Shown here: one piece after another, positions 26,343-35,748 of the stretch
How the letters are laid out: every line of letters starts with the position of its first letter
Numbering within the stretch: the stretch's first letter is position 1
Virus record (IMG/VR): IMGVR_UViG_3300027782_004428
Coordinates: 26,000-89,999 of that record
Reading direction: 5' to 3' (one strand)
DNA: 64,000 bases
Source: a virus
Program-made: the position numbers and the translations under genes
Notes under the pieces: model-generated
The model's input: only the letters and a program-made list of their open reading frames with translations
Told to the model about the DNA's origin: nothing
Databases searched by the model: none

Positions 26343-26902
26343 TGAAAATCGTTCGTGTAGAACCTGTTGTGCCCATGGTGAGCATGACCTGGATGATAGG
26401 TTCACGCTGTAACTATGCGTGTTCTTATTGTCCTCCAGAATTACACGACGATACAAGTCCGCATCCTGATCTAGATCGACTAAAATTGGTATGGCAAAAC
26501 TTTTATTCAAAGACCCAACAAACCGGACTGCCTTACAAAATATCATTTACCGGCGGTGAAGTCACTGCCAACAAAAGTTTTTTGCCCTTGATAGAATATC
26601 TACGTAGCAACTACGTCATTGGACAAATGCTTGTGACCACAAATGGTAGTGCCAGCACAGCCTACTATCTGCAACTGTCCGAACTAGTAGATGCAATTAG
26701 TTTTAGTACACATTCAGAATACTGGGATGAACACAAGTTTTTTGAAACAGTGACAGCAGTAAATAAAGTCATGATCCGTCCTGAAAAAAGTTGTCATGTG
26801 AACATCATGGACGAATCTTGGAATAGAGAAAACTTCCCACACTATCAAGAATTGTTAACTCAACACGGTGTGAGTCACAGTATCAATCTTATCCATGATT
26901 AA
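26342..26902 (+). CDS. Radical SAM core domain (split gene, part 1)
   Basis: CNYACSYC, FTGGE, TTNGS, FSTHSE. Confidence 0.85.
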   Translation: MKIVRVEPVVPMVSMTWMIGSRCNYACSYCPPELHDDTSPHPDLDRLKLVWQNFYSKTQQTGLPYKISFTGGEVTANKSFLPLIEYLRSNYVIGQMLVTTNGSASTAYYLQLSELVDAISFSTHSEYWDEHKFFETVTAVNKVMIRPEKSCHVNIMDESWNRENFPHYQELLTQHGVSHSINLIHD

Positions 26903-27197
26903 ACACAAAAATTACAACTGTCGAGCAACAGACGAACAAGGGCGCGAACACCTAGTGTATGCCAATTGGTTGCACAATGAAGGATTAGATACTTGGCACG
27001 GATATCATTGCGATGCTGGCCATACTAGATTTTATATTGACAAAAATTTTGATGTCTGGAGTGGCGAATGTAAAAACAACCATCTTGGTAGTGCATTAAC
27101 TGATTGGTCTCCCAAGACTGACACAGTATGCAAACGCACAACCTGTACAGGTTGCACAGATGATTTAATCACAAGAAAGTATCAAAATGACATTTAA
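26895..27197 (+). CDS. Stand-alone SPASM/twitch-like Fe-S domain (split gene, part 2)
   Basis: GYHCDAG...GEC...LG...CKRTTCTGCTD. Confidence 0.6.
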   Translation: MIKHKNYNCRATDEQGREHLVYANWLHNEGLDTWHGYHCDAGHTRFYIDKNFDVWSGECKNNHLGSALTDWSPKTDTVCKRTTCTGCTDDLITRKYQNDI

Positions 27198-27441
27198 ACA
27201 CATGATCAGAGACATGATGACCTACCACGCCGACTTGGGAGTAGAATTCACTCCCAACTCAATCCCCCGAAGCGATTACGAGCAGTGGCGGAAACAGTAC
27301 ACCTGGGACGCTCTGCATGATCTACGCTATGGCCAAAGTTTCTGCAACTACTTTGGCGTCACAGATCAACGAATCTTCTATGAGCGAAACTGGCAAACTT
27401 GTGACACAGTGATTCAGCGAGAGTGGCTTGCAAGATCCTAA
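27187..27441 (+). CDS. Hypothetical protein
   Basis: RYGQSFCNYF motif. Confidence 0.6.
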   Translation: MTFKHMIRDMMTYHADLGVEFTPNSIPRSDYEQWRKQYTWDALHDLRYGQSFCNYFGVTDQRIFYERNWQTCDTVIQREWLARS

Positions 27442-27670
27442 CTTTCCACACGGTGCTCAAATATCATGGGGCAGAGAGTATGACACAATCACAGCCTGGG
27501 ACACAATTGCCACCTGGGGTGTAGAGTTTTTTGGCCTGCCCGGCGATCGTTATGTCACCGACATTCACATCAACGATATGACCTGGTGGTTTCGATCCGA
27601 ACATGATCGGTTGCTGTTTGTTTTACGCAACGGCCTGGCTCGATGCATACAGTTAGAGTCCACAACATAG
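27428..27670 (+). CDS. Small alpha/beta paralog family member
   Basis: FGLPGDRY...WFRSEHDRLLFVLR. Confidence 0.6.
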   Translation: MQDPNFPHGAQISWGREYDTITAWDTIATWGVEFFGLPGDRYVTDIHINDMTWWFRSEHDRLLFVLRNGLARCIQLESTT

Positions 27671-27861
27671 AAGTTTTTGATGCAATTGACCTAAAGAATC
27701 AATTGCTCCAGGCGGGCCTGGCAATAGAGCAAGACTTTGAATGGGCCTGGATCACTGCTGAATACAACAACGTAGAAGGATGGACACGGCAGAAACATGC
27801 AGAATTTCGATTCCATGATCCAGCCTTGGCCACGTTTTATCAGTTGAAATGGGCACGATAA
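27643..27861 (+). CDS. Small alpha/beta paralog family member
   Basis: FRFHDPALATFYQLKW. Confidence 0.6.
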   Translation: MHTVRVHNIEVFDAIDLKNQLLQAGLAIEQDFEWAWITAEYNNVEGWTRQKHAEFRFHDPALATFYQLKWAR

Positions 27862-27873
27862 TAAGTATTGTTG

Positions 27874-28113
27874 ATGAAGCGCACTCATGCACCCCTGTTT
27901 GAAATTCGTCCAGGCGATAGTTTTAACTATGCCCGGGAAATCAACAAACCGTTTGGTGAACTGGATCGGGTGCTGGCCTGGTGCAAAACTGAACTAACCG
28001 GCGAATGGCGTTGGCAACTGGTAGATGTCAGCACAGATCAACGTCCTGGTCGCTACATTTTCTACTTTGATTCTGAACGTGACTACTTTGCATTCACGCT
28101 GTACTGGCAGTAA
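27874..28113 (+). CDS. Small alpha/beta paralog family member
   Basis: WC...W...FYFDSERDYFAFTLYW. Confidence 0.6.
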   Translation: MKRTHAPLFEIRPGDSFNYAREINKPFGELDRVLAWCKTELTGEWRWQLVDVSTDQRPGRYIFYFDSERDYFAFTLYWQ

Positions 28114-28194
28114 AAACTAGTACTTTTGCTGTACTTGACAACAAACCCCAAATCCTGTATAATTTAGACATAGAAACTTTTAATAGGTGTCACT

Positions 28195-28431
28195 TTGTCT
28201 ATCCAAATCGAAAACTTAACTCCCGAGCAGGTTGAAATGTGCGACATCATGTGGAGTTTTGAATCTGCTGAAGAATACGTTGAATGGTATGAACTGCTGG
28301 ACGACGAAGACAAACGTCAGGCGGATGTACTGCAACGCATGATCATTCTTGAAAGCATGGAAGAAATGTTGGCCGAGGTCAACGACAACTATCGACAAGC
28401 CCGCAACTATTTGAAAAAGTTTCGTCTATGA
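28195..28431 (+). CDS. Acidic hypothetical protein
   Basis: Promoter TTGACA(28135)-N17-TATAAT; TTG start with AGGTG RBS. Confidence 0.65.
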   Translation: MSIQIENLTPEQVEMCDIMWSFESAEEYVEWYELLDDEDKRQADVLQRMIILESMEEMLAEVNDNYRQARNYLKKFRL

Positions 28432-28760
28432 ACCACCACTTTGTTGTTATGTGGGATAATACCGGCCTGGAGTACATAGGCGATATCACTGCGGACGAAA
28501 CCAATCGTAGTTGGTCGGCGCTGAAAGGCAAACCCGTTGGTAGTGCCTTGCCCAATCTCAACCATATGATGCTCCGTGCTAGATACAACCCACAGCGTCA
28601 CTATGAGATCTATCAGGTAGAAGCCACAGATGGTATCACGGCTGATGACATACGAAACATGTTTGCGGCCAGTCCCCAAACAGCCGCGGACACAATCCGC
28701 AGACTTGGTCACTGCTACTTTAGTGATCGAGTGCAAGAAGATCAAGTGGTAATTCGGTAA
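28428..28760 (+). CDS. Conserved hypothetical phage protein
   Basis: MWDNTGLE, LRARYNPQRHYEIY. Confidence 0.7.
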   Translation: MNHHFVVMWDNTGLEYIGDITADETNRSWSALKGKPVGSALPNLNHMMLRARYNPQRHYEIYQVEATDGITADDIRNMFAASPQTAADTIRRLGHCYFSDRVQEDQVVIR

Positions 28761-28867
28761 CAGTTGACAGCATGGTGTATTTGCTATATAATACACACAA
28801 GTTAGCCAGGTATGGTACCAGGCGGCTTATTAATCTGACGTATTGCACGTCACTGAAAGGAAACTAA

Positions 28868-29920
28868 ATGGCACAAAAACGTCTCACACGCAAACTCACT
28901 GATGTGATTGCTGAAGTTGAAAAACAACTCCGAGCACACTACAACGTGACTCAAAAAGACCTTGATGCATGGCGAGCCCGTGCAAAGGCTTTATCACACA
29001 AATTCCCCAACAGTTCAATGATTGCCATTGAAGATCTTTGGATTGATTATGAAGTCCAGCGTGATGTGTTACACAAGCATATTATCAACATCATGCGAAA
29101 ATGGGATCCACGTATCTGTTCACCTGGGTCTGCTTGTCGGTTTGGAGGAAAACCTCCAATCTATTTGTATGATGCACAACACCGTACCATTGCGGCTGGC
29201 CTACTAGGTTATACAGAAATTCCTTGTGCTGTAGTAGAAACAAACGAACTTAATTTTGCAAGTTATGCATTTGAAATGCTCAACGACACTGGAGTCAAAC
29301 GCCTCACTCCGGGGGACCTGCACCGTAATGCCTTGGTGCGTTACAAGAACGGTAGTCGAGACAAGAAGGTTGTGGATGCTCGGACGATGCAGGACCAGTT
29401 TGATACCGCAGGCATTGACTTACAGGACAAAGGTTCACGTGCCTCAGATAACTTGCGTGGCGACAACGATTACTTTATGAGTCACTTTAAATATGCACAA
29501 AAAGGCATTGAGATTGACGACAGTGGCAAAGTATTGCTGGACATATTGACAGCCGTCAAAGACACATTCCCCTTGCAGCAAGAAATTGATCAAGGTTGCT
29601 ATATTGGATTGTACGAGCTCCATCGGATCTCAAGCAACAGTGCTAATAGTAAATTACCTGCTGGATGGATGAAGGCGGTGTTAGAAGCAATTAAACCCAC
29701 ATTCAAGAGTTCAGCATTGATACACGCCAAGGCCAAAGTTCAATGGGAACATGTGAATCCAGGTGCAACCTGGTCAGCCCCCAGTGCTATGGCTAACTTT
29801 TTACGTGAATTATACATCCGTGGCGGTGGCATGCTTAACTTGCCGTACCACGGTGAAGGTGCCAAGATGGGTGTGGAAGAAGGCAATGTTGCCCCGGGCT
29901 TGTTTCCTGAAGGAGCATAA
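28868..29920 (+). CDS. ParB/Srx-fold DGQHR-like (DUF6551/DUF262-related) protein
   Basis: IDYEVQR, YDAQHR, FEMLN motifs; promoter TTGACA(28764)-N17-TATAAT. Confidence 0.7.
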   Translation: MAQKRLTRKLTDVIAEVEKQLRAHYNVTQKDLDAWRARAKALSHKFPNSSMIAIEDLWIDYEVQRDVLHKHIINIMRKWDPRICSPGSACRFGGKPPIYLYDAQHRTIAAGLLGYTEIPCAVVETNELNFASYAFEMLNDTGVKRLTPGDLHRNALVRYKNGSRDKKVVDARTMQDQFDTAGIDLQDKGSRASDNLRGDNDYFMSHFKYAQKGIEIDDSGKVLLDILTAVKDTFPLQQEIDQGCYIGLYELHRISSNSANSKLPAGWMKAVLEAIKPTFKSSALIHAKAKVQWEHVNPGATWSAPSAMANFLRELYIRGGGMLNLPYHGEGAKMGVEEGNVAPGLFPEGA

Positions 29921-29921
29921 C

Positions 29922-30374
29922 ATGAGACCTGTGTGTATTAACTATGGATGTGACAGCGGTGTTTCTGTAATGACAGGAAGTATACATGATGACAACCCAC
30001 GATGGCGTGTACACTGCGGTCATTGCCAGGCCGCAAGTTATGGCAAATGGCCTCATCGCGCTGGAGTAACTCCGTACAAAACTGGTCGATGTAGTAACAC
30101 TGATGGGCACCTTGGATTCGATTGTTCGATCAACTGGAAAAAAATTCCGCCCTGGGCCACTGGTATGACCGAAGTTGATCATATTGATGGAGATTTTTCA
30201 AACAATGGTCTAAGCAACTTAGATGAATTGTGCCCAATTTGTCACAAAATTAAGGGACAACAATCAGGTGATTTTGATAACACAAGACGCCACTCACTCA
30301 AACTACCAGTTGGATACAAAGGCAAGACCAGTGCCCGCAGCCAATTTAATACATTATTTGAGTTACAAGAATGA
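29922..30374 (+). CDS. HNH endonuclease with Zn-binding cysteines
   Basis: EVDHIDGDFSNNGLSNLDELCPICH. Confidence 0.85.
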   Translation: MRPVCINYGCDSGVSVMTGSIHDDNPRWRVHCGHCQAASYGKWPHRAGVTPYKTGRCSNTDGHLGFDCSINWKKIPPWATGMTEVDHIDGDFSNNGLSNLDELCPICHKIKGQQSGDFDNTRRHSLKLPVGYKGKTSARSQFNTLFELQE

Positions 30375-30934
30375 ACTTAAAAGAATCTTTAGACCAATTC
30401 ACAGCGCCAGTGTATGGCAAGACACGGCGTACCACCGACACTTACAAAACTGTAGCTGACTACTGCCGACGCAACTTGGTTCGCTTGGTTGCAGAGTATC
30501 ATGCTGTTGAAAACGATCAACAACTCTTGAGAGAAATCCGCAATGATATTGACACATATCTGCGTAGATATCACGAGTACTGTATCCAACAACGTGACGG
30601 TATGAAAGCACACTATCACGAAGTTGGCGCAGATGAAGATTGTGACTTTGAACACTTGATCCCGGCCGCACGAATTCGTAACTTACTTTTAGTCAGTGCC
30701 ATTTCTGTGGAGCAGGCTCTTAATGCACCAACTGTAAGATTAAGTCGGTCTAAACATGCCGCTCTCAAAGACGCAGGTTGGGCCAGTAACACTCCGGACA
30801 TGTGGCTTCCTTTCCGGCGTTATACTCAAGTGTTTGACTCCACGTACGAAACACATGATGGAACAGCTATTGATCCTAACACCTGGACTTTACAACAGCA
30901 TTTTGACTATTTCAAGCATCTTGTGATCAACTAA
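30371..30934 (+). CDS. HNH-like (EHxxP) protein
   Basis: DFEHLIP...H...PFRRY. Confidence 0.5.
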   Translation: MNLKESLDQFTAPVYGKTRRTTDTYKTVADYCRRNLVRLVAEYHAVENDQQLLREIRNDIDTYLRRYHEYCIQQRDGMKAHYHEVGADEDCDFEHLIPAARIRNLLLVSAISVEQALNAPTVRLSRSKHAALKDAGWASNTPDMWLPFRRYTQVFDSTYETHDGTAIDPNTWTLQQHFDYFKHLVIN

Positions 30935-30943
30935 GGAGATTCA

Positions 30944-31189
30944 ATGAGTGTATTGCATTTTAAATCTAGACCGTGGACGGTGTTTGATGCCGCCAACAAA
31001 GAACACAGACTTTGGTACAATCAGTTCGTCACACACGGTGGTTGGGGATCGTGTCCTTACCGATTCATTGTGCCCGAAGATCACGGAGACTTGATAACTA
31101 TGTGCCAACGTAGTCTTGTGCGTTACTATGTGGCACATGAGTTTAACAAAAAGCCGCGCCAGACTGTGCTTTTCCAAAAACGCCGATGA
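30944..31189 (+). CDS. Conserved hypothetical phage protein
   Basis: AAGGAG RBS; FDAANKEHR...WGSCPYRF. Confidence 0.7.
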   Translation: MSVLHFKSRPWTVFDAANKEHRLWYNQFVTHGGWGSCPYRFIVPEDHGDLITMCQRSLVRYYVAHEFNKKPRQTVLFQKRR

Positions 31190-32310
31190 TTCAAAATCTT
31201 TATAGTCAGTGGACAATCCAATCACATCATGTGCATGGTGATTGTTTCACTGGCTATGAACCCATATATGATCAACTGGAAAAATTTACCAACGGCACCT
31301 ATGCAAAAGACCCCGAGGGTACCATTGCCCAGGTCAAGGCCTTGTACCGAAGTATCAACTTGGTGCCCATTGATTACTACACTGAAACAGGCTTGATTGA
31401 TCACTTGCGACAGTTTAGAGATCAAGCAATAAATCCAGTGACCGACAATGTGCTGGGCCTGGGCAACAATCAAGGGCAGAAATTAAATCGTTTCTTGTTT
31501 CCCAACATGATGACTGCGGAGCCCAAGGGCCGTGGATCAAACAGCCTACGAGATAGATTCTATGACGATGCCAAACTGGAACGTGCCATCAGAATCTGCT
31601 TTGAATTTAGAACCGGCAATAGACTGGTTCATCCCACCGCTCTACGCCGAAGCCTGGAATTGGTCACAGGTGAAAACATACAAAACTTCAAGCCTCAAAA
31701 TGCTCGAGCCTTGGTAGAACACTTGTGCCCTGTGATGTGGGGCAGGGTGTATGATTACTCAGCTGGGTATGGTGGACGATTGCTGGGCATTACCAGCAGT
31801 CGCCGGGGGTATGATTATACTGGTGTAGATCCCAACACAGAAACATTTCAAAATTTGCAATACCTGGCTCAGTTGATTGACACCGCATTTGGCCGCGGGG
31901 CCACATTGAACTGTGATGTGAGTGAAAACTTCCAACCCTCAGACATTGATCTTGCATTTTCAAGTCCGCCGTATTTCAATTTGGAAAAATACTCAGACGA
32001 GCCCACACAATGCATGGTCCGATGTGCCACACTGGATGACTGGTTTGAACTGTATGTCGCACCTACCATGCAACGCATACATCAAGGTCTCAACGCAGAT
32101 GGAGTGTTTGCTACCAACATTGCCGACTACAAAACTGGTGCCAAGCAAGAATACCAAGTGGTTGACAGATGGATCTCCTTGGCTGAGAAACTGGGATTTC
32201 GATATCAAAAGGTCATACGCATGATGCTGAACACAAGACCCGGTGTGGGCAATCACAAAACAGCCGGCCGACAAAAGTGGGAAGGCGTGTATGTGTTTAC
32301 CAAGAACTAG
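31186..32310 (+). CDS. Amino (N4-C/N6-A) DNA methyltransferase
   Basis: YDYSAGYGGRLLG SAM motif, GVDPN, FSSPPYFNLEKY catalytic motif. Confidence 0.85.
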   Translation: MIQNLYSQWTIQSHHVHGDCFTGYEPIYDQLEKFTNGTYAKDPEGTIAQVKALYRSINLVPIDYYTETGLIDHLRQFRDQAINPVTDNVLGLGNNQGQKLNRFLFPNMMTAEPKGRGSNSLRDRFYDDAKLERAIRICFEFRTGNRLVHPTALRRSLELVTGENIQNFKPQNARALVEHLCPVMWGRVYDYSAGYGGRLLGITSSRRGYDYTGVDPNTETFQNLQYLAQLIDTAFGRGATLNCDVSENFQPSDIDLAFSSPPYFNLEKYSDEPTQCMVRCATLDDWFELYVAPTMQRIHQGLNADGVFATNIADYKTGAKQEYQVVDRWISLAEKLGFRYQKVIRMMLNTRPGVGNHKTAGRQKWEGVYVFTKN

Positions 32311-32311
32311 A

Positions 32312-33265
32312 TCATGCTGTTTTGATTTTGTTGATGAATGTTTGACCAAACATAGGAGTGTATTTGTCATAGATCATAGTGGCACGATCACGAAATTGCT
32401 TTTGAATTTCTGCATCTGGGTCATTCACTGTGATTCCGTCATCAAGGCATAACTGTCTATGCACGTGGTCATCTTCGATAGCGTCCACACGTTCGTCTTG
32501 CGCGGCCAGCAAGGCTGCCTGCTCGATCACTTGTTGCAGATCTGCGTCAAGACCGGACCAGAAATCTTGATTCACAAGTATACTGGTCAAGAATATATTG
32601 TGATTGGAATGTAGAATACTGTCAGTGTGTTCTTGAGCGTTGGCATCATACAGACGTCTGTATGTTATCTCAGCCGCATCAATTTTGTTTGAGGTCAGTG
32701 CAGCAGGGATCTCACTCAGTTCCATCATGACTGGTTCCATTCCCAGCGTCTTGAAGTAGTCTTGAATTACTGGGCTATGCGGTACGCGAACTTTCAACCC
32801 TTGCAAATCTTCAACACTGCGAATAGCACGATTGGTACTGATCACAGTGAATCCACCCGAGTAGGTAAATGACAACCCTTTGATGTTTTTGGTGCCTGGC
32901 TGGTTCTGCAATGTGCTCAGTATTTTTTGTCCGATTGGACCATCAAGCACTCGGCTGGCATGATCATCGTCGGTAAACAAAAACGGCAAATCTAATGCAC
33001 GAAACCATGATGAATGACGGCCTAGCGAGTGTGTGTACATCTGTGTCATTTCTATCTTGCCTTCGTTCATGTACCGGATAAGGTCTGAGTAGGACACAGT
33101 CACGCCATTGTTGTACTTTTCAGAGTATTCACCGAGTGATAAAATTTCCACTGCAAGTTCGCTGTTGGACATCTGATACACTTGATCAGCAAATTTTTCA
33201 GCGGCTCTTAAGAAAATGTCTAGTGGTTCGTGGGCCAATACCCAGCGAATGGTTTTTGTTGGCAT
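32312..33265 (-). CDS. TRAP-type substrate-binding protein (DctP family) lacking a signal peptide
   Basis: LDLPFLF, DGPIG, SVEDLQGLKVR, DAAE, HNIFLTSILVNQDFW. Confidence 0.85.
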   Translation of the reverse strand: MPTKTIRWVLAHEPLDIFLRAAEKFADQVYQMSNSELAVEILSLGEYSEKYNNGVTVSYSDLIRYMNEGKIEMTQMYTHSLGRHSSWFRALDLPFLFTDDDHASRVLDGPIGQKILSTLQNQPGTKNIKGLSFTYSGGFTVISTNRAIRSVEDLQGLKVRVPHSPVIQDYFKTLGMEPVMMELSEIPAALTSNKIDAAEITYRRLYDANAQEHTDSILHSNHNIFLTSILVNQDFWSGLDADLQQVIEQAALLAAQDERVDAIEDDHVHRQLCLDDGITVNDPDAEIQKQFRDRATMIYDKYTPMFGQTFINKIKTA

Positions 33266-33377
33266 AAGGGATTCTCCAATTATTTTGAGTATTTATGTAA
33301 AAAATTAATACTTTTGTACTAACTCAAAAAGTAACACTCAAGTACTACTTTTGTTGCGTTTATTTATGCCAAATTCT

Positions 33378-33438
33378 GGTTGACCGAATATTCCCTTTTT
33401 GCTATAATACTTGTATAGAAACTAAAAAGGAGTCAGAG
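33378..33438 (+). repeat. Promoter/RBS direct repeat, copy 1
   Basis: About 55 bp nearly identical to 33711-33771 (TTTTGCTATAATACTTGTATAGAAACTAAAAAGG exact). Confidence 0.9.
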
Positions 33439-33723
33439 ATGACAAATTACGCAAACGAAGTTCTTTTTGTACTTGACCCAAACAACATTGAAGTGGTGTA
33501 TATTACTGCTCGCGATGACTATCGAACAGAAAAAGCACTTGCTACCGAAGTTCCACGATATTTTGGGTCTGATTTTGTATTTGTGCGTAAACTAGTAGTC
33601 GAATCTGGACTGACAAAAGATCAAGCAGAATCAGGACGCCGGGCGTTGTTGGCTTACTATGAAGCAATGGGCAGAACAATCCTTAATGTCAAGGATGCTC
33701 CGATGCTTTTGGTTGACCAATAA
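33439..33723 (+). CDS. Hypothetical protein, possibly a degenerate GIY-YIG fold
   Basis: ESGLTKDQAE..RALLAYY...G..ILN; ends LVDQ* within the next promoter. Confidence 0.55.
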   Translation: MTNYANEVLFVLDPNNIEVVYITARDDYRTEKALATEVPRYFGSDFVFVRKLVVESGLTKDQAESGRRALLAYYEAMGRTILNVKDAPMLLVDQ

Positions 33724-33771
33724 TTCCCATTTTGCTATAATACTTGTATAGAAACTAAAAAGGGGTTCAAA
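33711..33771 (+). repeat. Promoter/RBS direct repeat, copy 2
   Basis: See 33378-33438. Confidence 0.9.
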
Positions 33772-34242
33772 ATGGGTACACGCAGTCGCATTGCAGTCAT
33801 GCACGGTTCAATCGCCAAGTCAATCTATTGTCATTGGGACGGCTATCTAGAGCACAACGGTGCCATCCTGCAAGAACACTATAACTCGGCCAAAGCCAAC
33901 CAACTGGTTGCCATGGGTGATATGAGTAGCCTACGTCCTGAGATTGGCGTCAAACATCCTTTTAGTTGTCTGGATCCTGAGGCTGGTAGCGACTATGAAG
34001 AACGTTATGGCAACATGTGTACCTTTTACGATCGCGACCGCGGTGAAACAGAATGCACCTGGTCAGTAGATCACACGTTTGAAGACTTCTTGGACCGTGC
34101 TAAAGGTTGTGCCGCTGAGTTTTACTATGTGATGAAAGATGGCACATGGTATGTGGGCGACACTTATGGCTCTACTGAATTAAGTAATAAGTTAACACCA
34201 CTTGCAGAAGCCATGCAAGCCGTGGAAACGGTTGACCAATAA
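33772..34242 (+). CDS. Conserved phage early protein (YCHWDGY family)
   Basis: MGTRSRI...SIYCHWDGY; ends VDQ* within the next promoter. Confidence 0.8.
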   Translation: MGTRSRIAVMHGSIAKSIYCHWDGYLEHNGAILQEHYNSAKANQLVAMGDMSSLRPEIGVKHPFSCLDPEAGSDYEERYGNMCTFYDRDRGETECTWSVDHTFEDFLDRAKGCAAEFYYVMKDGTWYVGDTYGSTELSNKLTPLAEAMQAVETVDQ

Positions 34243-34289
34243 TCGCAGAACTGCTATAATATACACATATTAAGACACAAGGAGCCCAT

Positions 34290-35066
34290 ATGCCAGGATT
34301 TGTAGACGTATCAAACATGACAGCCCGTGAAGTTCGCATGATGGATCATGCGGCTGACGCTGATGAAACTTATCAGCCCCGTCGAACTTGGAAACCCCAA
34401 GCCAAGCTCGCAGGTGTTACTTACTCTGTGGACAATGTGTGGGGTGCGGCAGTGGCGGCACAACGCATCAACGGTTCTTATGTGAAAGAAACTCAGCACC
34501 GGTTAGATGATACCATTGGTACCATTATTGTAGACAAACGTCGCAACCGCGACATCATGCTTGACATCTTGGCCAACCCTGCTCAACTCACTGTGGAAGA
34601 TATTGCACAGGGCCAGGAGTGCCGCAAGTTCCTGCAACAAGACATTACCTTCCGTGCCCTCAAAGGCCGGCTGACAGAGTTTGACTCTTCAACCAGCAAG
34701 GTCATTGCTGTGGAAGATGAATTTGATACGGCTAAGCACCGGTTGGAACTGGCTGTGGTAGCATGTCTGCCTGCAAGTTATGTTCGCAGTCTAGAACGTC
34801 AAGCAGTTCAAGAACGTGTACGCCAAACATCAGGAGCCTTGATTGGCACACCCGGCGACAAAGTCACTTTGGCAGTTGAGATTGTGAAATCCAACTACAG
34901 TCAGCAATGGAACACCTGGTATGCCACTGGCGTTACCCAAGACAACTCTGCTGTGTTTTTTGCATACCGCCAAGAACTGGCCAAGGGTGCCAAACACACC
35001 ATCGTGGGAACCGTTAAAGCTCACAGAGACGGCTCCACTCAACTCAACCGTGTGAGCATTACCTAA
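34290..35066 (+). CDS. Hypothetical protein with C-terminal OB-fold
   Basis: Promoter 34232-34260; G..GDKV...GTVKAH...TQLNRV. Confidence 0.7.
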   Translation: MPGFVDVSNMTAREVRMMDHAADADETYQPRRTWKPQAKLAGVTYSVDNVWGAAVAAQRINGSYVKETQHRLDDTIGTIIVDKRRNRDIMLDILANPAQLTVEDIAQGQECRKFLQQDITFRALKGRLTEFDSSTSKVIAVEDEFDTAKHRLELAVVACLPASYVRSLERQAVQERVRQTSGALIGTPGDKVTLAVEIVKSNYSQQWNTWYATGVTQDNSAVFFAYRQELAKGAKHTIVGTVKAHRDGSTQLNRVSIT

Positions 35067-35075
35067 GGAAATTGT

Positions 35076-35204
35076 ATGCGTAACTTTGTACTTGGTATCA
35101 TTTTTGGACTGGTAATAGCCACGGTAGGCTTCTCCGGATTGGCACGTATGTTTGACAAAGGTGTCCATACCATCCAACAAACCAGCAAGGAACTGGCTCA
35201 GTAA
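35076..35204 (+). CDS. 42-aa single-TM protein (not in ORF track)
   Basis: TAAGGA RBS; MRNFVLGIIFGLVIATVGFSGLAR... Confidence 0.65.
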   Translation: MRNFVLGIIFGLVIATVGFSGLARMFDKGVHTIQQTSKELAQ

Positions 35205-35337
35205 TTTGGGCAAATTGAACCAAAAATTATTGCAAAAATGGTTGACCAATATCACATCTTTTGTTATAATTTAGGTATGTTGTGCAGAGATGCAAAACAT
35301 TTTTTAAACTTTAGGCAACTTTGAAAGGCAACCTATT

Positions 35338-35673
35338 ATGTCAGCAGACAAACTCTTTACAGTGGCGGGCACTGCAACAAACCCAGATGGTACTACTAAG
35401 GCTCGCTTTGCGAACGACTTGGTAGCCCGCATTAAGATCCTTAACAAGGCTAAATGCACCAACATCAACTTGGTAGAATTGCCCCGTGCAATGACCAAGT
35501 TAGAGGCTCTTCAGTTCTTGACTGAGCAGGGCATTACAGACGGCGACGCCGGCTATGCTGTGGCCAACAAATTGGCTGAGAAGTCAAAGGTTGCCAAGAA
35601 AGGCGAAGTCATGGTCAAGGCTGTGAAAGCTTCTGCACCCAAGACCACTGCCAAGACTGCTGTGACAGCGTAA
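35338..35673 (+). CDS. Conserved phage protein with basic tail
   Basis: FTVAG...KARFAND...IKIL.K; promoter 35242-35270. Confidence 0.7.
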   Translation: MSADKLFTVAGTATNPDGTTKARFANDLVARIKILNKAKCTNINLVELPRAMTKLEALQFLTEQGITDGDAGYAVANKLAEKSKVAKKGEVMVKAVKASAPKTTAKTAVTA

Positions 35674-35688
35674 GCACACTGGAGTGCC

Positions 35689-35715
35689 AAAAAGGCGGCT
35701 TTCGGGCCGCTTTTC
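35689..35715 (+). terminator. Rho-independent terminator
   Basis: GCGGCT-TTCG-GGCCGC-TTTT. Confidence 0.8.
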
Positions 35716-35748
35716 TATGGCTTTTTGCTCAAGACAATAATTAATACT

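Noticed and set aside
25668-26546. 292-aa minus-strand ORF
   Set aside because: It lies antisense to two well-supported plus-strand genes and has no recognisable motif.
33378-34290. CRISPR array or attachment sites
   Set aside because: The repeats are promoter+RBS units separated by whole genes, not by 30-40 nt spacers; no cas or integrase gene.
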